Shown piece after piece: positions 1 through 9,158 of a stretch of 64,000 nt of DNA. Origin of the DNA: Gemmatimonadales bacterium (GTDB lineage: Bacteria > Gemmatimonadota > Gemmatimonadetes > Gemmatimonadales > GWC2-71-9). Made by a program: the position numbers and the translations under genes. The stretch is from positions 448,001 to 512,000 of the forward strand of contig JBBCJC010000001.1 of NCBI GenBank assembly GCA_037189525.1. The letters are read 5' to 3'. The notes under the pieces are model-generated. The model did no database searches. It saw only the letters and a list, made by a program, of their open reading frames with translations, and was not told the origin of the DNA. How positions within the stretch are numbered: the stretch's first letter is position 1; each line of letters starts with the position of its first letter.

Positions 1-460
1 TGGCCCGCGCAATCCCGACCCGCTTCCGCATTCCTCCCGATAGCTGCGCCGGGAATTTGAGCAGCGTCTCGGGCGCCAGATTCACCAAGCGAAGACATTC
101 GGCCACCCGCTGCCGGCAGTACTCGAGATCGCGGAACTGCTCGCCGTTGACGATCCCGAGCCGGATGTTCTCGAACACGTTCATCGAGTCGAACAGGGCG
201 CCGTTCTGGAAGACGTACCCTATCGACGTGCGCAGCTGGGCCAGCTCGTCCCGCTTGAGGAGGGCGACATTCTTGCCGTCCACCAGCACGGCGCCCTCAT
301 CGGGATGGATCAACCCGTTGATGTGCTTGAGCAGCACGCTCTTGCCGGTACCCGAAGGACCCAGCAAAGCTACCGTTTCGCCGTCGTTGACGGTGAAGTC
401 GACACCGGCGAGCACCACCTGCTCACCGAAGCGTTTCTTGACGCCGCGCAGTTCGATCAT
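1..460 (-). CDS. mlaF: ABC transporter ATP-binding protein, MlaF/Mkl-like (3' end lies outside the window)
   Basis: Manual translation from ATG 460 gives MIELRGVKKRFGEQVVLAGVDFTVNDGETVALLGPSGTGKS (Walker A); directly follows the MlaE-type permease. Confidence 0.85.
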   Translation of the reverse strand, partial: MIELRGVKKRFGEQVVLAGVDFTVNDGETVALLGPSGTGKSVLLKHINGLIHPDEGAVLVDGKNVALLKRDELAQLRTSIGYVFQNGALFDSMNVFENIRLGIVNGEQFRDLEYCRQRVAECLRLVNLAPETLLKFPAQLSGGMRKRVGIARA

Positions 461-1246
461 CTAGTTGAGCAGCACCCGAGCAAGCACCACGTTGAGCAGC
501 AGGATCACGACGGAGCTGGTGACGACCGCTGCCGTGGTTGCCTGACCGACGCCCTGCGCCCCCTGCTTGGCATTGAAGCCCATGTAGCAGGAGATCAACG
601 CGATGGCGCCGCCGAAGAAGAAGGCCTTGATGACGGAGTAGTACCCGTCGAATGCCCGGTAGTAGTACTGCGCACCGTACGCGAAGTCCTCGTTGGTCAT
701 CGGCAGGACTTGCTTGACGCCGTACCAGCCGGCCACCACCGCAATCACGTCGGCAACGATGACGAGGATCGGGACCATGATGAAGCCCGCCAGCACCTTC
801 GGAATGATCAGGTGCGAAGCGGGCGACCGGCCGAGGCTTTCGAGCGCATCGATCTGCTCGGTCACCCGCATCGACCCGAGCTCAGCCGCATAACTGGCTC
901 CGATCCGTCCGGCCAAAACCAGGCCGACCAGAACCGGTCCCAGTTCGAGGACGACGGTCGAGACGATCAGGGTGCCAAGCACGTAGATGGGCAGGCTGGT
1001 CTGCCACTGGTAGCCCGACTGAAAAGCGGTCACTGCCCCGGCAAAAGCGGCAATGACGACGACGATGGGGAGGCTGCCGCCACCAATGGTGGCTGCTTCC
1101 GAGATAGTTCGGGGGAGCCATCCGCGCCAATCGCGGAAACCGCGAATGATTTCAAGGCACATCAGGCTGAAGCGGCCGAAATGGGCCAATGCCCCGAGCA
1201 CTACCCTACCGATGAGACGTGGAACACCGAGCACGGCATTGGCCAT
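461..1246 (-). CDS. mlaE: MlaE family ABC permease
   Basis: Motifs ELGPVLVGLVLAGRIGASYAAELGSMRVTEQIDALE and GAQGVGQATTAAVV; start trimmed to ATG 1246. Confidence 0.9.
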   Translation of the reverse strand: MANAVLGVPRLIGRVVLGALAHFGRFSLMCLEIIRGFRDWRGWLPRTISEAATIGGGSLPIVVVIAAFAGAVTAFQSGYQWQTSLPIYVLGTLIVSTVVLELGPVLVGLVLAGRIGASYAAELGSMRVTEQIDALESLGRSPASHLIIPKVLAGFIMVPILVIVADVIAVVAGWYGVKQVLPMTNEDFAYGAQYYYRAFDGYYSVIKAFFFGGAIALISCYMGFNAKQGAQGVGQATTAAVVTSSVVILLLNVVLARVLLN

Positions 1247-1265
1247 GTCTGTATCTTGCCCCCCC

Positions 1266-1979
1266 ATGCCGTCGAAGTCCACCCTCGCCAGCTTCAGGCG
1301 CCGGATCGTCAAATGGTTCCGAAAACACGGCCGAGACCTGCCATGGCGGCAGACGCGCGACCCGTATCGGATCCTGGTTTCGGAATTCATGCTCCAACAG
1401 ACCCAGGTCAGCCGGGTCGAGGGGTACTACGCGCGGTTTCTCGAGCAGTATCCCGATCTGAAGACGCTCGCGGCGGCCAATCCTGGCACGGTTCGGGAAA
1501 GCTGGCAGGGGCTCGGGTACTATCGCCGGGCGGAGAATCTGCACCGGTTGGCGCAGGTCGTCGTCGATGAGCTGGACGGCGCCATTCCGCAGGAAATCGA
1601 GGCGCTGCAGGCGTTACCTGGGGTGGGACGGTATACGGCAGGCGCCGTGGCCACTTTCGCCTTCGAAGCCGCCGAGCCCTGCGTCGACACCAACGTGGCC
1701 AGGGTGGTTCGGCGGGCCTTCCATCCCCGGGCGGGAAAGAGCGCCCGGGATCAGGAAAAGCTCTGGCAGACGGCCCGGGCCCTGGTTCCCTCGCCCGGCG
1801 CAGCCGCGTGGGCCTTCAATCAGGGCATCATGGAACTCGGTGCCACGATCTGCACCGCGCGGAAGGCGCTCTGCCCGACCTGCCCCGTGCGCACCGACTG
1901 CTCGACCGGCAAGCGGCTGGCCCGCTCAGCGCCAACCCATCACGCCCGACGCAAGGGCAAGCAGGCCAAGCGCGCCTGA
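1266..1979 (+). CDS. mutY: A/G-specific adenine glycosylase, short form without the C-terminal NUDIX-like domain
   Basis: RDLPWR, SEFMLQQTQV, WQGLGYYRRA, HhH motif LPGVGRYTA, VDTNV, and Fe-S motif CTARKALCPTCPVRTDC. Confidence 0.88.
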   Translation: MPSKSTLASFRRRIVKWFRKHGRDLPWRQTRDPYRILVSEFMLQQTQVSRVEGYYARFLEQYPDLKTLAAANPGTVRESWQGLGYYRRAENLHRLAQVVVDELDGAIPQEIEALQALPGVGRYTAGAVATFAFEAAEPCVDTNVARVVRRAFHPRAGKSARDQEKLWQTARALVPSPGAAAWAFNQGIMELGATICTARKALCPTCPVRTDCSTGKRLARSAPTHHARRKGKQAKRA

Positions 1980-2384
1980 AATCATCCCGAGACGCGCCTG
2001 CTTCTTGCGCAGGTGATCGAACTGCGCAGCATGCGTCATCGGATCGAGTCGGGCCAGCCGGCTGGCATTCGGTACCAGAATGATCAGAGTGATCAGCGCA
2101 GCGGCCAATCCCGCAACCTGCATAGTCATCAGCTGGTGCGTGATGGCCGCCATGGCGCCCGGACTGCCGTACATGGTGAGCGTCAGCACCAATCCCGACA
2201 CCACCACCGCGAGGCTGCCCGGGAAGACGGCCGAGTTGTAGATCGTCCGCAGCAGGCGAGCCACGGTACCGAGTTGTTCACGGGCCTCTCGGCGGCCGGC
2301 AATACTCACCGCCATGGCGCCGACGGCGCCGCCGAGCCAGAGGACCATGCCCAGGAGATGAACGAAAACCCAGAAACGAATCAT
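1926..2384 (-). CDS. Four-helix membrane protein, DUF2269/CopD-like
   Basis: HLLGMVLWLGG N-terminus and four hydrophobic segments. Confidence 0.65.
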   Translation of the reverse strand: MIRFWVFVHLLGMVLWLGGAVGAMAVSIAGRREAREQLGTVARLLRTIYNSAVFPGSLAVVVSGLVLTLTMYGSPGAMAAITHQLMTMQVAGLAAALITLIILVPNASRLARLDPMTHAAQFDHLRKKQARLGMISGALGLLALASGVMGWR

Positions 2385-2806
2385 GGGACAATTTCACTGA
2401 AGAGGGACGGGTCGATCTCCTGCCGGCCGGCAAAACCGGAATCGACCTCGTGCCAGTTGGAAATCCGTTCCTCACCAAGCCGCCAGCAGAGGAACACGAG
2501 ACGGTCTTCACGCAAAGCGTAGAAGTCGACCAGGCCTTCGTCGATACCTTTGAATACGCAGCCGATCTCCTCGAGTTCGAGGAGCAATCCATTGACGCGG
2601 TCGGCCGCGACCGTCACGGCATCCCGCGCGGCCGTGAGTTCCGCCGTTTCGCCGGTATCGGCCCGGGACCCGGCAGCCAGCAGTTCATAGTCCCCCATGG
2701 CCTGCCGCCAGATGTCATACTCCGCCTGGAGATCGATGAGAATACGGCGGACCAACGGCAGGGTCCGCTCCGCTTCTTCCAGGCTGAAAATTCGCACTTC
2801 GGCCAT
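2381..2806 (-). CDS. DUF2203 family protein
   Basis: FSLEEAERTLPLV...GCVFKGIDEGLVDF...LCWRLGEERISNWHEVDSGFAGRQ. Confidence 0.85.
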   Translation of the reverse strand: MAEVRIFSLEEAERTLPLVRRILIDLQAEYDIWRQAMGDYELLAAGSRADTGETAELTAARDAVTVAADRVNGLLLELEEIGCVFKGIDEGLVDFYALREDRLVFLCWRLGEERISNWHEVDSGFAGRQEIDPSLFSEIVP

Positions 2807-2887
2807 GGCACCCCCATCGCTACAGTCAGAAACCCGCCGTCGGGCGACCCCGCGCCCGGAGAACATCGGCCCGCAACCAGGGTTCGG

Positions 2888-3712
2888 TCAAGCGCCGAAG
2901 TCGAGGGCCGCTCGAGCGGCTGCGCGGCCAGCCTCGAGATAGGCATCGACCTGGTCGACGGCGAAGGTCTCGCCGCGATGCACCCGGGGCCGGATGTAGG
3001 TCAGCGGCGGCCGGCCCGGGGTCGCCCGCCAGAGTTCGACCTGGAGCACCGTGTTACTGGCCATCAGGACGAATTGAGTATCACTGTGAGCCCGGACCAG
3101 TGCCGGCGGTGGCCGCTCCCGCGACGGCTCCGAGTCGAAGCCGGGCCCGACGTCGATTGCGATGACCCGATCGGCCGGGAAGCGCGCCGCAACGTCGAGC
3201 GGCACCACCGCGCGCAGCCCGCCATCCGCCAGGCGCCGGCCCAGGAGCTGTACCGGAGGATAGAATACGGGCAGTGCGCACGAAGCGAACAGCGCGTCGG
3301 CCAGCGGCACCTCCTCCCCGCCGTCGCCAAAAACGATCAGTTCGCCGGTATCGAGATCGGCCGCCGTGACCGAAAGCGGCGTGCGCAGCTGGTCGAACCT
3401 GGTGACCGGCAACAGCGAGCCCAGCGTATCGCGGAGCCGCGGGCCTTTAAACAGCGAGGGCGCAAAGAGTCCCCGAATGAACGCGGTCCGGTCGAGCGCC
3501 GCCACCGCGGCCCGATCGACCGTACGCAGTCGCGCCGTGACATCCGCCAGCGGCATTCCCGACGCCAGGCCGGCCCCGATAACGGCTCCCATCGAGGTTC
3601 CGATGATCCGCGTCGGAGCAAACCCGGCCTGCTCCAGGACCTCGAGCGCACCAAGCTGGGCCGCGGTCTTGGCGCCGCCGCCGGACAGCACCAGGGTCAC
3701 CGGCGCTCCCAT
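2888..3712 (-). CDS. Patatin-like phospholipase
   Basis: LSGGGAK, GTSMG nucleophile and DGG motifs. Confidence 0.9.
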   Translation of the reverse strand: MGAPVTLVLSGGGAKTAAQLGALEVLEQAGFAPTRIIGTSMGAVIGAGLASGMPLADVTARLRTVDRAAVAALDRTAFIRGLFAPSLFKGPRLRDTLGSLLPVTRFDQLRTPLSVTAADLDTGELIVFGDGGEEVPLADALFASCALPVFYPPVQLLGRRLADGGLRAVVPLDVAARFPADRVIAIDVGPGFDSEPSRERPPPALVRAHSDTQFVLMASNTVLQVELWRATPGRPPLTYIRPRVHRGETFAVDQVDAYLEAGRAAARAALDFGA

Positions 3713-4173
3713 CAGCCTTTGCGCACCTGGTAGCGAGCCTCGGCCGACGCATACCGCTCGCGCTCGGCATCGGTACCGGGCACCAGGCGAGGCACCCGGC
3801 GCGGCTTCCGGTCGACGTCGATCGCGACGAAGACGAGATGCGCCGTATGGGTCCGCTGGCGCGCGCCCGTCGCGATGTGCTCGGAGGTGACTTCGACGGT
3901 GATGTACATCGAGCTGTTGCCGACGTAGTCGACCTCGGCCGTGCACGTCACCAGCGCACCAACCGGAATGGCATGATGGAAGTCGAGCCGGTCGATCGAC
4001 TTGGTAACCGCGGGGCCGCCGGCATGGCGCATCGCCGCCACGGCCGCGGCTTGATCGACCAGCGCCATCAGGTCGCCGCCGAAGAGATCACCGAGGACGT
4101 TCTGCATGTGCGGCATCACGAACGTGGTGATTTCACCGCGGGAAAACGACATCGGACGGGAATCGGGCGTCAT
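3712..4173 (-). CDS. Acyl-CoA thioesterase (hotdog fold)
   Basis: NVLGDLFGGDLMALVDQAA and YVGNSSM motifs. Confidence 0.9.
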   Translation of the reverse strand: MTPDSRPMSFSRGEITTFVMPHMQNVLGDLFGGDLMALVDQAAAVAAMRHAGGPAVTKSIDRLDFHHAIPVGALVTCTAEVDYVGNSSMYITVEVTSEHIATGARQRTHTAHLVFVAIDVDRKPRRVPRLVPGTDAERERYASAEARYQVRKG

Positions 4174-4212
4174 AGGCTCGAGATTAGACAGGAGAGACCG
4201 CGCGGAGCGGGG

Positions 4213-5988
4213 TCAGTAGTCGACCGGTCGCAGATAAAATTCGCCGATGGCCGTCGGGCTCAGCATCGCGACCGTGGGCAGCTTGCGCTTCCAATGGGTC
4301 GAGTCCAGCCGCCGCCGCACCAGAGCAATCTCGGCGGCCGAAAAGCCGAGGGATTCGATGGCCTCGGGCGGGTACCCGGACAGCGTCCAGTGCAGGATCA
4401 GATCGGCCTTGGCGTAGCTGATCCCGAAGTCGCCCTCATCGGTTTGGCCCGCGACCAGATCGGCCGTCGGCGGCTTGTCGACGATTTCGAGCGGAACGCC
4501 GAGATGCCGAGCCAGCGCCCAGACCTGGGTCTTGAAGAGATCCCCGATCGGATTGACCGGCGGCGAGTCGTCGGCATGCCAGGTGAAGTAGCCGAAGAGA
4601 CGCTCGGTTTTGTTGCCGGTGCCGAGCGGAATCCCGCCGAGCGACGCGGCCAGATCGAACAGCGTGATCATCCGCATCCGGGCCATCACGTTGCCGAGCC
4701 GGCCGGGCGTGGGCGGATCGAGCTCTCCGACCAGACCGTCCACACCCTGGCTGATGTCCACGGTGCGCGATGCCAGGCCCAGAGCATCGATCACCAGCTG
4801 CGCATCGCTCAGGCTGGTCCGGCTCGAGGTCCGGTACGGCATCCGAACCGCCGTCACGTTGGCCGGCCCGAAGGCGCGGGCAGCCAGATACGCCACCACG
4901 GCGCTGTCGACCCCGCCGGAAAGACCCAGCACCACCCGTTCGAAACCGCGACGGCGAGTGACCTCATCTTTGAGGAACTCCACCAGCCAGCGCTCGGTCA
5001 GCTCCGGGTCGATCTCGAGCGGGTCCTGCCCGGCCGGTGGAGGAACAGCACCTGCGCGCCTGGCGAAAACCGTTCGATCCTCGGTGGCCGAGTCGCCGCT
5101 CGCAATGACCTGCCGCCGGGCCGCGAGCGCATCGAGCAAATGGGGCAGATGCGTTTCCAGATCCGACAGCATCGGCTCTTCGGCCCGGACACGCGGCACC
5201 TCGTCGAGGTCTACCGTGACGACGGTCAGGCCGTCCTCGAAGATCGGAGCGCGCGCCACGACGCCGCCGCGCGGGTCCACCACAAGTGAACCTCCGGGAA
5301 ACGCCTTGCCGCCCTCGAAGCCTACCAGGTGCGCAACGACGACGAACAGCCCGTGCTCCGCAGCAATCGACTGCGCTACCCGTTCCCATCGCACCGTGCT
5401 GGCCGGACGCCCGTCTCCGTTTTCGCCGGGCTGCACGCCCCGCGCCGGGCTGGCCGAGAGCACCACCACGAGCTGGGCGCCGTCCAGGGCAGCCATGGTC
5501 GGCACGATCGAATGCCAGGCGTCCTCGCACACGACCACCGCTACCCGGCCCCAGGACAGGTCGAATGCCTGCACCGATCGCCCCGGCTCGACGAAACGCT
5601 CTTCGTCGAACACCCCGTACGTCGGCAGGAAAATCTTGCGATGGACATGACGGACCCCGGCATCGCTTCCGCCCAGACGGGCAGCCAGCGCGGAGTTGTA
5701 GAGGCGGGTGTTCCAGAGCTCGTAGAATCCGACGATGACATCGAGCGGCGGCGCACCGCTTGCCGCGTGCGCTTCGGCCAGGTCGGCATAGAGCTGCTCG
5801 GCCGTCACCGCGAGTTCCCGAACGCCCCCTTCGACGAAGTACCCCGTCAACGCCGTTTCGGGCAGAATGAGGAGATCGACAGGTTCGGGATCCCGAGCCA
5901 GGTCTCGAAAGAGCTGACCCGTCTGCTCGAGGTTGGCCCGATAGGCAGCTTTGCGGGGTCGGAACTGGGCGATGGCGAGCCGAAGCAT
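4213..5988 (-). CDS. nadE: Glutamine-dependent NAD+ synthetase (nitrilase + synthetase domains)
   Basis: Nitrilase motifs LPE, HRKIFLPTYGVFDE and CEDAW; synthetase motifs LGLSGGVDS, NVMARMRM, GTGNKTE and PPTADL. Confidence 0.92.
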   Translation of the reverse strand: MLRLAIAQFRPRKAAYRANLEQTGQLFRDLARDPEPVDLLILPETALTGYFVEGGVRELAVTAEQLYADLAEAHAASGAPPLDVIVGFYELWNTRLYNSALAARLGGSDAGVRHVHRKIFLPTYGVFDEERFVEPGRSVQAFDLSWGRVAVVVCEDAWHSIVPTMAALDGAQLVVVLSASPARGVQPGENGDGRPASTVRWERVAQSIAAEHGLFVVVAHLVGFEGGKAFPGGSLVVDPRGGVVARAPIFEDGLTVVTVDLDEVPRVRAEEPMLSDLETHLPHLLDALAARRQVIASGDSATEDRTVFARRAGAVPPPAGQDPLEIDPELTERWLVEFLKDEVTRRRGFERVVLGLSGGVDSAVVAYLAARAFGPANVTAVRMPYRTSSRTSLSDAQLVIDALGLASRTVDISQGVDGLVGELDPPTPGRLGNVMARMRMITLFDLAASLGGIPLGTGNKTERLFGYFTWHADDSPPVNPIGDLFKTQVWALARHLGVPLEIVDKPPTADLVAGQTDEGDFGISYAKADLILHWTLSGYPPEAIESLGFSAAEIALVRRRLDSTHWKRKLPTVAMLSPTAIGEFYLRPVDY

Positions 5989-6031
5989 GCTGAAAGGTAG
6001 CCGGGACCGGGGATCGAAGTACCTTTCAGGG

Positions 6032-6496
6032 ATGCCAACACCAATCGAGGCGCTGGACGGCGTGCCCAACGCCGCGCAAGCGCTCCCGAAACTGACGACC
6101 TCGGGCCAGCCGAGCGCCGCACATTTCGAAGCGCTGCGTTCGGCCGGCGGGGCGGTCGTCCTCGATCTTCGCGATCCGTCGGAGCCCAGGCCATTCGATG
6201 AACCCGCGCTGGTGGCCGGGCTGGGTATGGCGTACCACAACGTCCCGGTAACTCCGGAGACGATGACCGACGACACCATGGATCGGATCCTCGGCGTGCT
6301 GCGAGCCAATGCGCATCGTGACGTGCTGCTCCATTGCGCCAGCGCCAATCGCGTCGGAGGACCGATGATTGCCTTCCTGATGCTCGATCATGGCCTATCG
6401 GGAGACCAGGCGACCGACCAGGCCATTCGCCTTGGCCTGCGAAGCCGGGAAGTGATGGAGTGGGGCCTCGAGTACGCGGCAAAGCAGTCGACCTAG
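6032..6496 (+). CDS. DUF442/protein-tyrosine-phosphatase-like protein (CX5R)
   Basis: TSGQP, VLDLR and LLHCASANR. Confidence 0.8.
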   Translation: MPTPIEALDGVPNAAQALPKLTTSGQPSAAHFEALRSAGGAVVLDLRDPSEPRPFDEPALVAGLGMAYHNVPVTPETMTDDTMDRILGVLRANAHRDVLLHCASANRVGGPMIAFLMLDHGLSGDQATDQAIRLGLRSREVMEWGLEYAAKQST

Positions 6497-6509
6497 CCTC
6501 AGGAGAAAC

Positions 6510-6553
6510 AACAAAACCGCCGGAGACGTTGACCTGTCTCCGGCGGTTTTGTT
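6510..6553. terminator. Bidirectional intrinsic terminator
   Basis: AACAAAACCGCCGGAGAC / GTCTCCGGCGGTTTTGTT is a perfect 18-bp inverted repeat between convergent genes. Confidence 0.85.
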
Positions 6554-6577
6554 TTCCCTAAGCATTCCCGCGGGTGC

Positions 6578-7993
6578 TCAGCCTCCGCGCGGCCGCCGAG
6601 GCGAGGAGCCGCTCGACCCGCGCTCGCTGCCACCGCTCCGGGCGGGTGCTGCGCTGGGCGGCGGACTCGACCGTTGCGGCGCCGGCTGCGCCCGGGGCGC
6701 CTGTTCACGGCGCGGGGCTTCGACCCGCGGAGCCGGGGCCGAGGACCTCGGCCGGCTCTCGGCGCGGGGCCGATCAGGCGCGCGTTCGGTGCGGCGAGGA
6801 GCCTCGGCTCGGGGCTCCGAGCGCTCGACCCGGGCGTTGTCGTTACGGGGAGCTACTCGCCGGGCCCGGCCTTCCGACACGACCGGCCGCGAAACGTTAT
6901 TGGTTTCCGTGCGATCGGACACGTCGATCGATGGCCGCCCGCCAGCCCGCTCACGCTCGATGGTGGGCACTGTCTCGGTCGCCAGCGGACGCCGGTTCCG
7001 CGGACGAGAGGCATCCGGCTGCCGCGGCCGCCCGGTCGAAGGACTCGTGGCCGGCCGGTCGCTCGACGGGCGCGATTCGGGACGCGGACGCGACACGTCA
7101 CGCGGGCGAGACGGCATCGGACGCGGATTGCCGACCGAGCTGCCCGGGCGACTACCCACTCGCGTGGAGGGCTCGTTGCCCCGTCGCACGATGGTGTAGC
7201 TCCGCGGCCGACCCGCAACCACCGGATAGTTCCGCCGCACGGCGCCGCCGCCATAATACCCCGGGTAGTAGTAGCCACGGCCGTAGCGATAGGGATATCC
7301 GTAGTAGCCGTAATAATTGTACGGCGAGTATCCGACACCGACATACCACCCGCCGCCATACGGCCGGCAGCCGAACAGGCTGGGCCGGGAATACGGATAG
7401 CAGTAGCTGTCCCAGTACGGGTCCCACATGTTAGCGACGACGTAACGGCCGGACGCACCGTAGACCTGGTACTCGACCACGTCGTAGTCGAAGCCGCGGT
7501 TGCTGGCCATCGACTCGAGGAGATCGGTCACATCGGCTTCCGGGTCGCTCGACCGGTCGGAAATGCTGACGCGGGCGTAATCCCAGTTGCCGGCCTGTTC
7601 CAGCCCGTTGAAGCGGAAGGGATCGGCCGAAACGGCGGCGTAGACGAGACCAGTCCCGTCTCGGCCAACCAGGAAGGACTCCCGGTCACCCCGGCCGCGG
7701 ATCTCATAACGCCGCCCGCCCCGAACGAAATTGTCCTCGCTCGGATCGACCGGAAACAACACCCGCAGCCGGCCTTCGGTGTCGTAGTTGAAGACAATCA
7801 GATACCCGTCGTCCCGGGTCTCGACCTGCGCGCGGGCCCGGTCACCTTCCCGATACTGGCGACCATTGTCGAGCCAGAGACGGATGGGACCTTCGCTCTG
7901 CGCCGCGTCGGCGGTCCGTTCGACTTGAACGAGTTCGAGCCGAGGACTGGCAGTCGGGGACAACGCAAGCGCCAACAACGTCAATGAGATCAT
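6578..7993 (-). CDS. Secreted DUF4384-domain protein with Tyr/Gly-rich and long Arg/Pro/Ser disordered tail
   Basis: Signal peptide; YREGDR...DGYLIVF..DTEGRLRVLFP; low-complexity C-terminus. Confidence 0.75.
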   Translation of the reverse strand: MISLTLLALALSPTASPRLELVQVERTADAAQSEGPIRLWLDNGRQYREGDRARAQVETRDDGYLIVFNYDTEGRLRVLFPVDPSEDNFVRGGRRYEIRGRGDRESFLVGRDGTGLVYAAVSADPFRFNGLEQAGNWDYARVSISDRSSDPEADVTDLLESMASNRGFDYDVVEYQVYGASGRYVVANMWDPYWDSYCYPYSRPSLFGCRPYGGGWYVGVGYSPYNYYGYYGYPYRYGRGYYYPGYYGGGAVRRNYPVVAGRPRSYTIVRRGNEPSTRVGSRPGSSVGNPRPMPSRPRDVSRPRPESRPSSDRPATSPSTGRPRQPDASRPRNRRPLATETVPTIERERAGGRPSIDVSDRTETNNVSRPVVSEGRARRVAPRNDNARVERSEPRAEAPRRTERAPDRPRAESRPRSSAPAPRVEAPRREQAPRAQPAPQRSSPPPSAAPARSGGSERGSSGSSPRRPRGG

Positions 7994-8161
7994 GGGACCC
8001 TCCCGGAGACACCAACTTCATGTTCCAGTTTCGTGCCACACAGTCACATAATGCAAACCAGCTAACGACAACGAGTTACGATAACCTGCCAAAGCTGCAT
8101 CGTGTCCTCGCCAGGTGACACCTGCCCCGATCGAGCGACACAACCCTGAGACAGTACCGGG

Positions 8162-8554
8162 TCAGGCATTGCGCTGCCAGTACATTCGCATCTCGGAGAT
8201 CTTGTCGCCGGCCGTTTCACAGAAAATGGCGCCTCGGGCTTCGATCCACTCCCCCGTCCGGCGGCGCCGGAACACCACTTTGAACTCGGTCGAGAACCAG
8301 GGCCCGGCGACATAGACCTCACCGGACGAGGCCGTGATTTCGGACTGATTGTAGGGCACATCCGCCCAGTAGCGGCGGATCTGGTCGGTGGTGGTGAGCG
8401 GCTCCGAAAACGGGGTTTCCAGAAAAACGGCGGTCTCGGCGTAGACCGACATGATCAGGCTGACGTCGGCCTTGGACCACCCCTTGATAAAGGTGTCGAT
8501 CAGCTGACGGCCCAACTGGCGCGTATCCGTAGTACCTTGAGATGGCGAAGTCAT
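8162..8554 (-). CDS. SnoaL/NTF2-like protein
   Basis: 130 aa; pattern F..GW...D......Y...A.F...PF and GDKISEMRMYW. Confidence 0.75.
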   Translation of the reverse strand: MTSPSQGTTDTRQLGRQLIDTFIKGWSKADVSLIMSVYAETAVFLETPFSEPLTTTDQIRRYWADVPYNQSEITASSGEVYVAGPWFSTEFKVVFRRRRTGEWIEARGAIFCETAGDKISEMRMYWQRNA

Positions 8555-8616
8555 TCCGGAAAAGTAGCGTCTTTATCCCATGTCGCGCCCTCGAGCGCCC
8601 TCAACCCCGAGTCTCC

Positions 8617-9153
8617 ATGCCGGACAAAGCGGCAGTCCTCGACCTCCTCGCCCGTTCCGGATCGGCGTTCCCGGATGCGTTCCGGAGCATCGGCCCGAAA
8701 CAGTTCTTCGCCAAACCGGCGGCCGATCAGTGGTCGATCGCGGAAACCGTGGAGCACGTCACCATCGTGGAGGTCGGCTCCGGCAAGCTGATCCGCACCA
8801 AGCTGACGGAAACCGAGCCGGACGCGGGACTGCTGGCAGAAGCCAAGGACGGGTCGGCCCGAATCGAGGCGCGGCTGGGCGTGGAGGGCAGGCCCTTTCA
8901 GGCGCCCGAGCGGGTCCTGCCGAAAGGCCGCTGGTCGTCGGCCGAGGAAATGCTTGCGGTGTTCGAAGAAAACCGGGCGGCCACGATCGAATTCATCGAA
9001 AGCACGCCGTTGGATCTGACCCGATACGTCGCTCCGCATCCGCGCTTCGGCCCGATCCATGGCCTCGACTGGGCCTATTTCCTGGCGCTGCACACCGACC
9101 GCCATCTCCGGCAGATCGAGCGCATCAAGCAGAGCCCGGCTTACCCGGCCTGA
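8617..9153 (+). CDS. DinB family protein
   Basis: WSIAETVEH, HPRFG and HTDRHLRQI. Confidence 0.85.
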   Translation: MPDKAAVLDLLARSGSAFPDAFRSIGPKQFFAKPAADQWSIAETVEHVTIVEVGSGKLIRTKLTETEPDAGLLAEAKDGSARIEARLGVEGRPFQAPERVLPKGRWSSAEEMLAVFEENRAATIEFIESTPLDLTRYVAPHPRFGPIHGLDWAYFLALHTDRHLRQIERIKQSPAYPA

Positions 9154-9158
9154 CAGCG

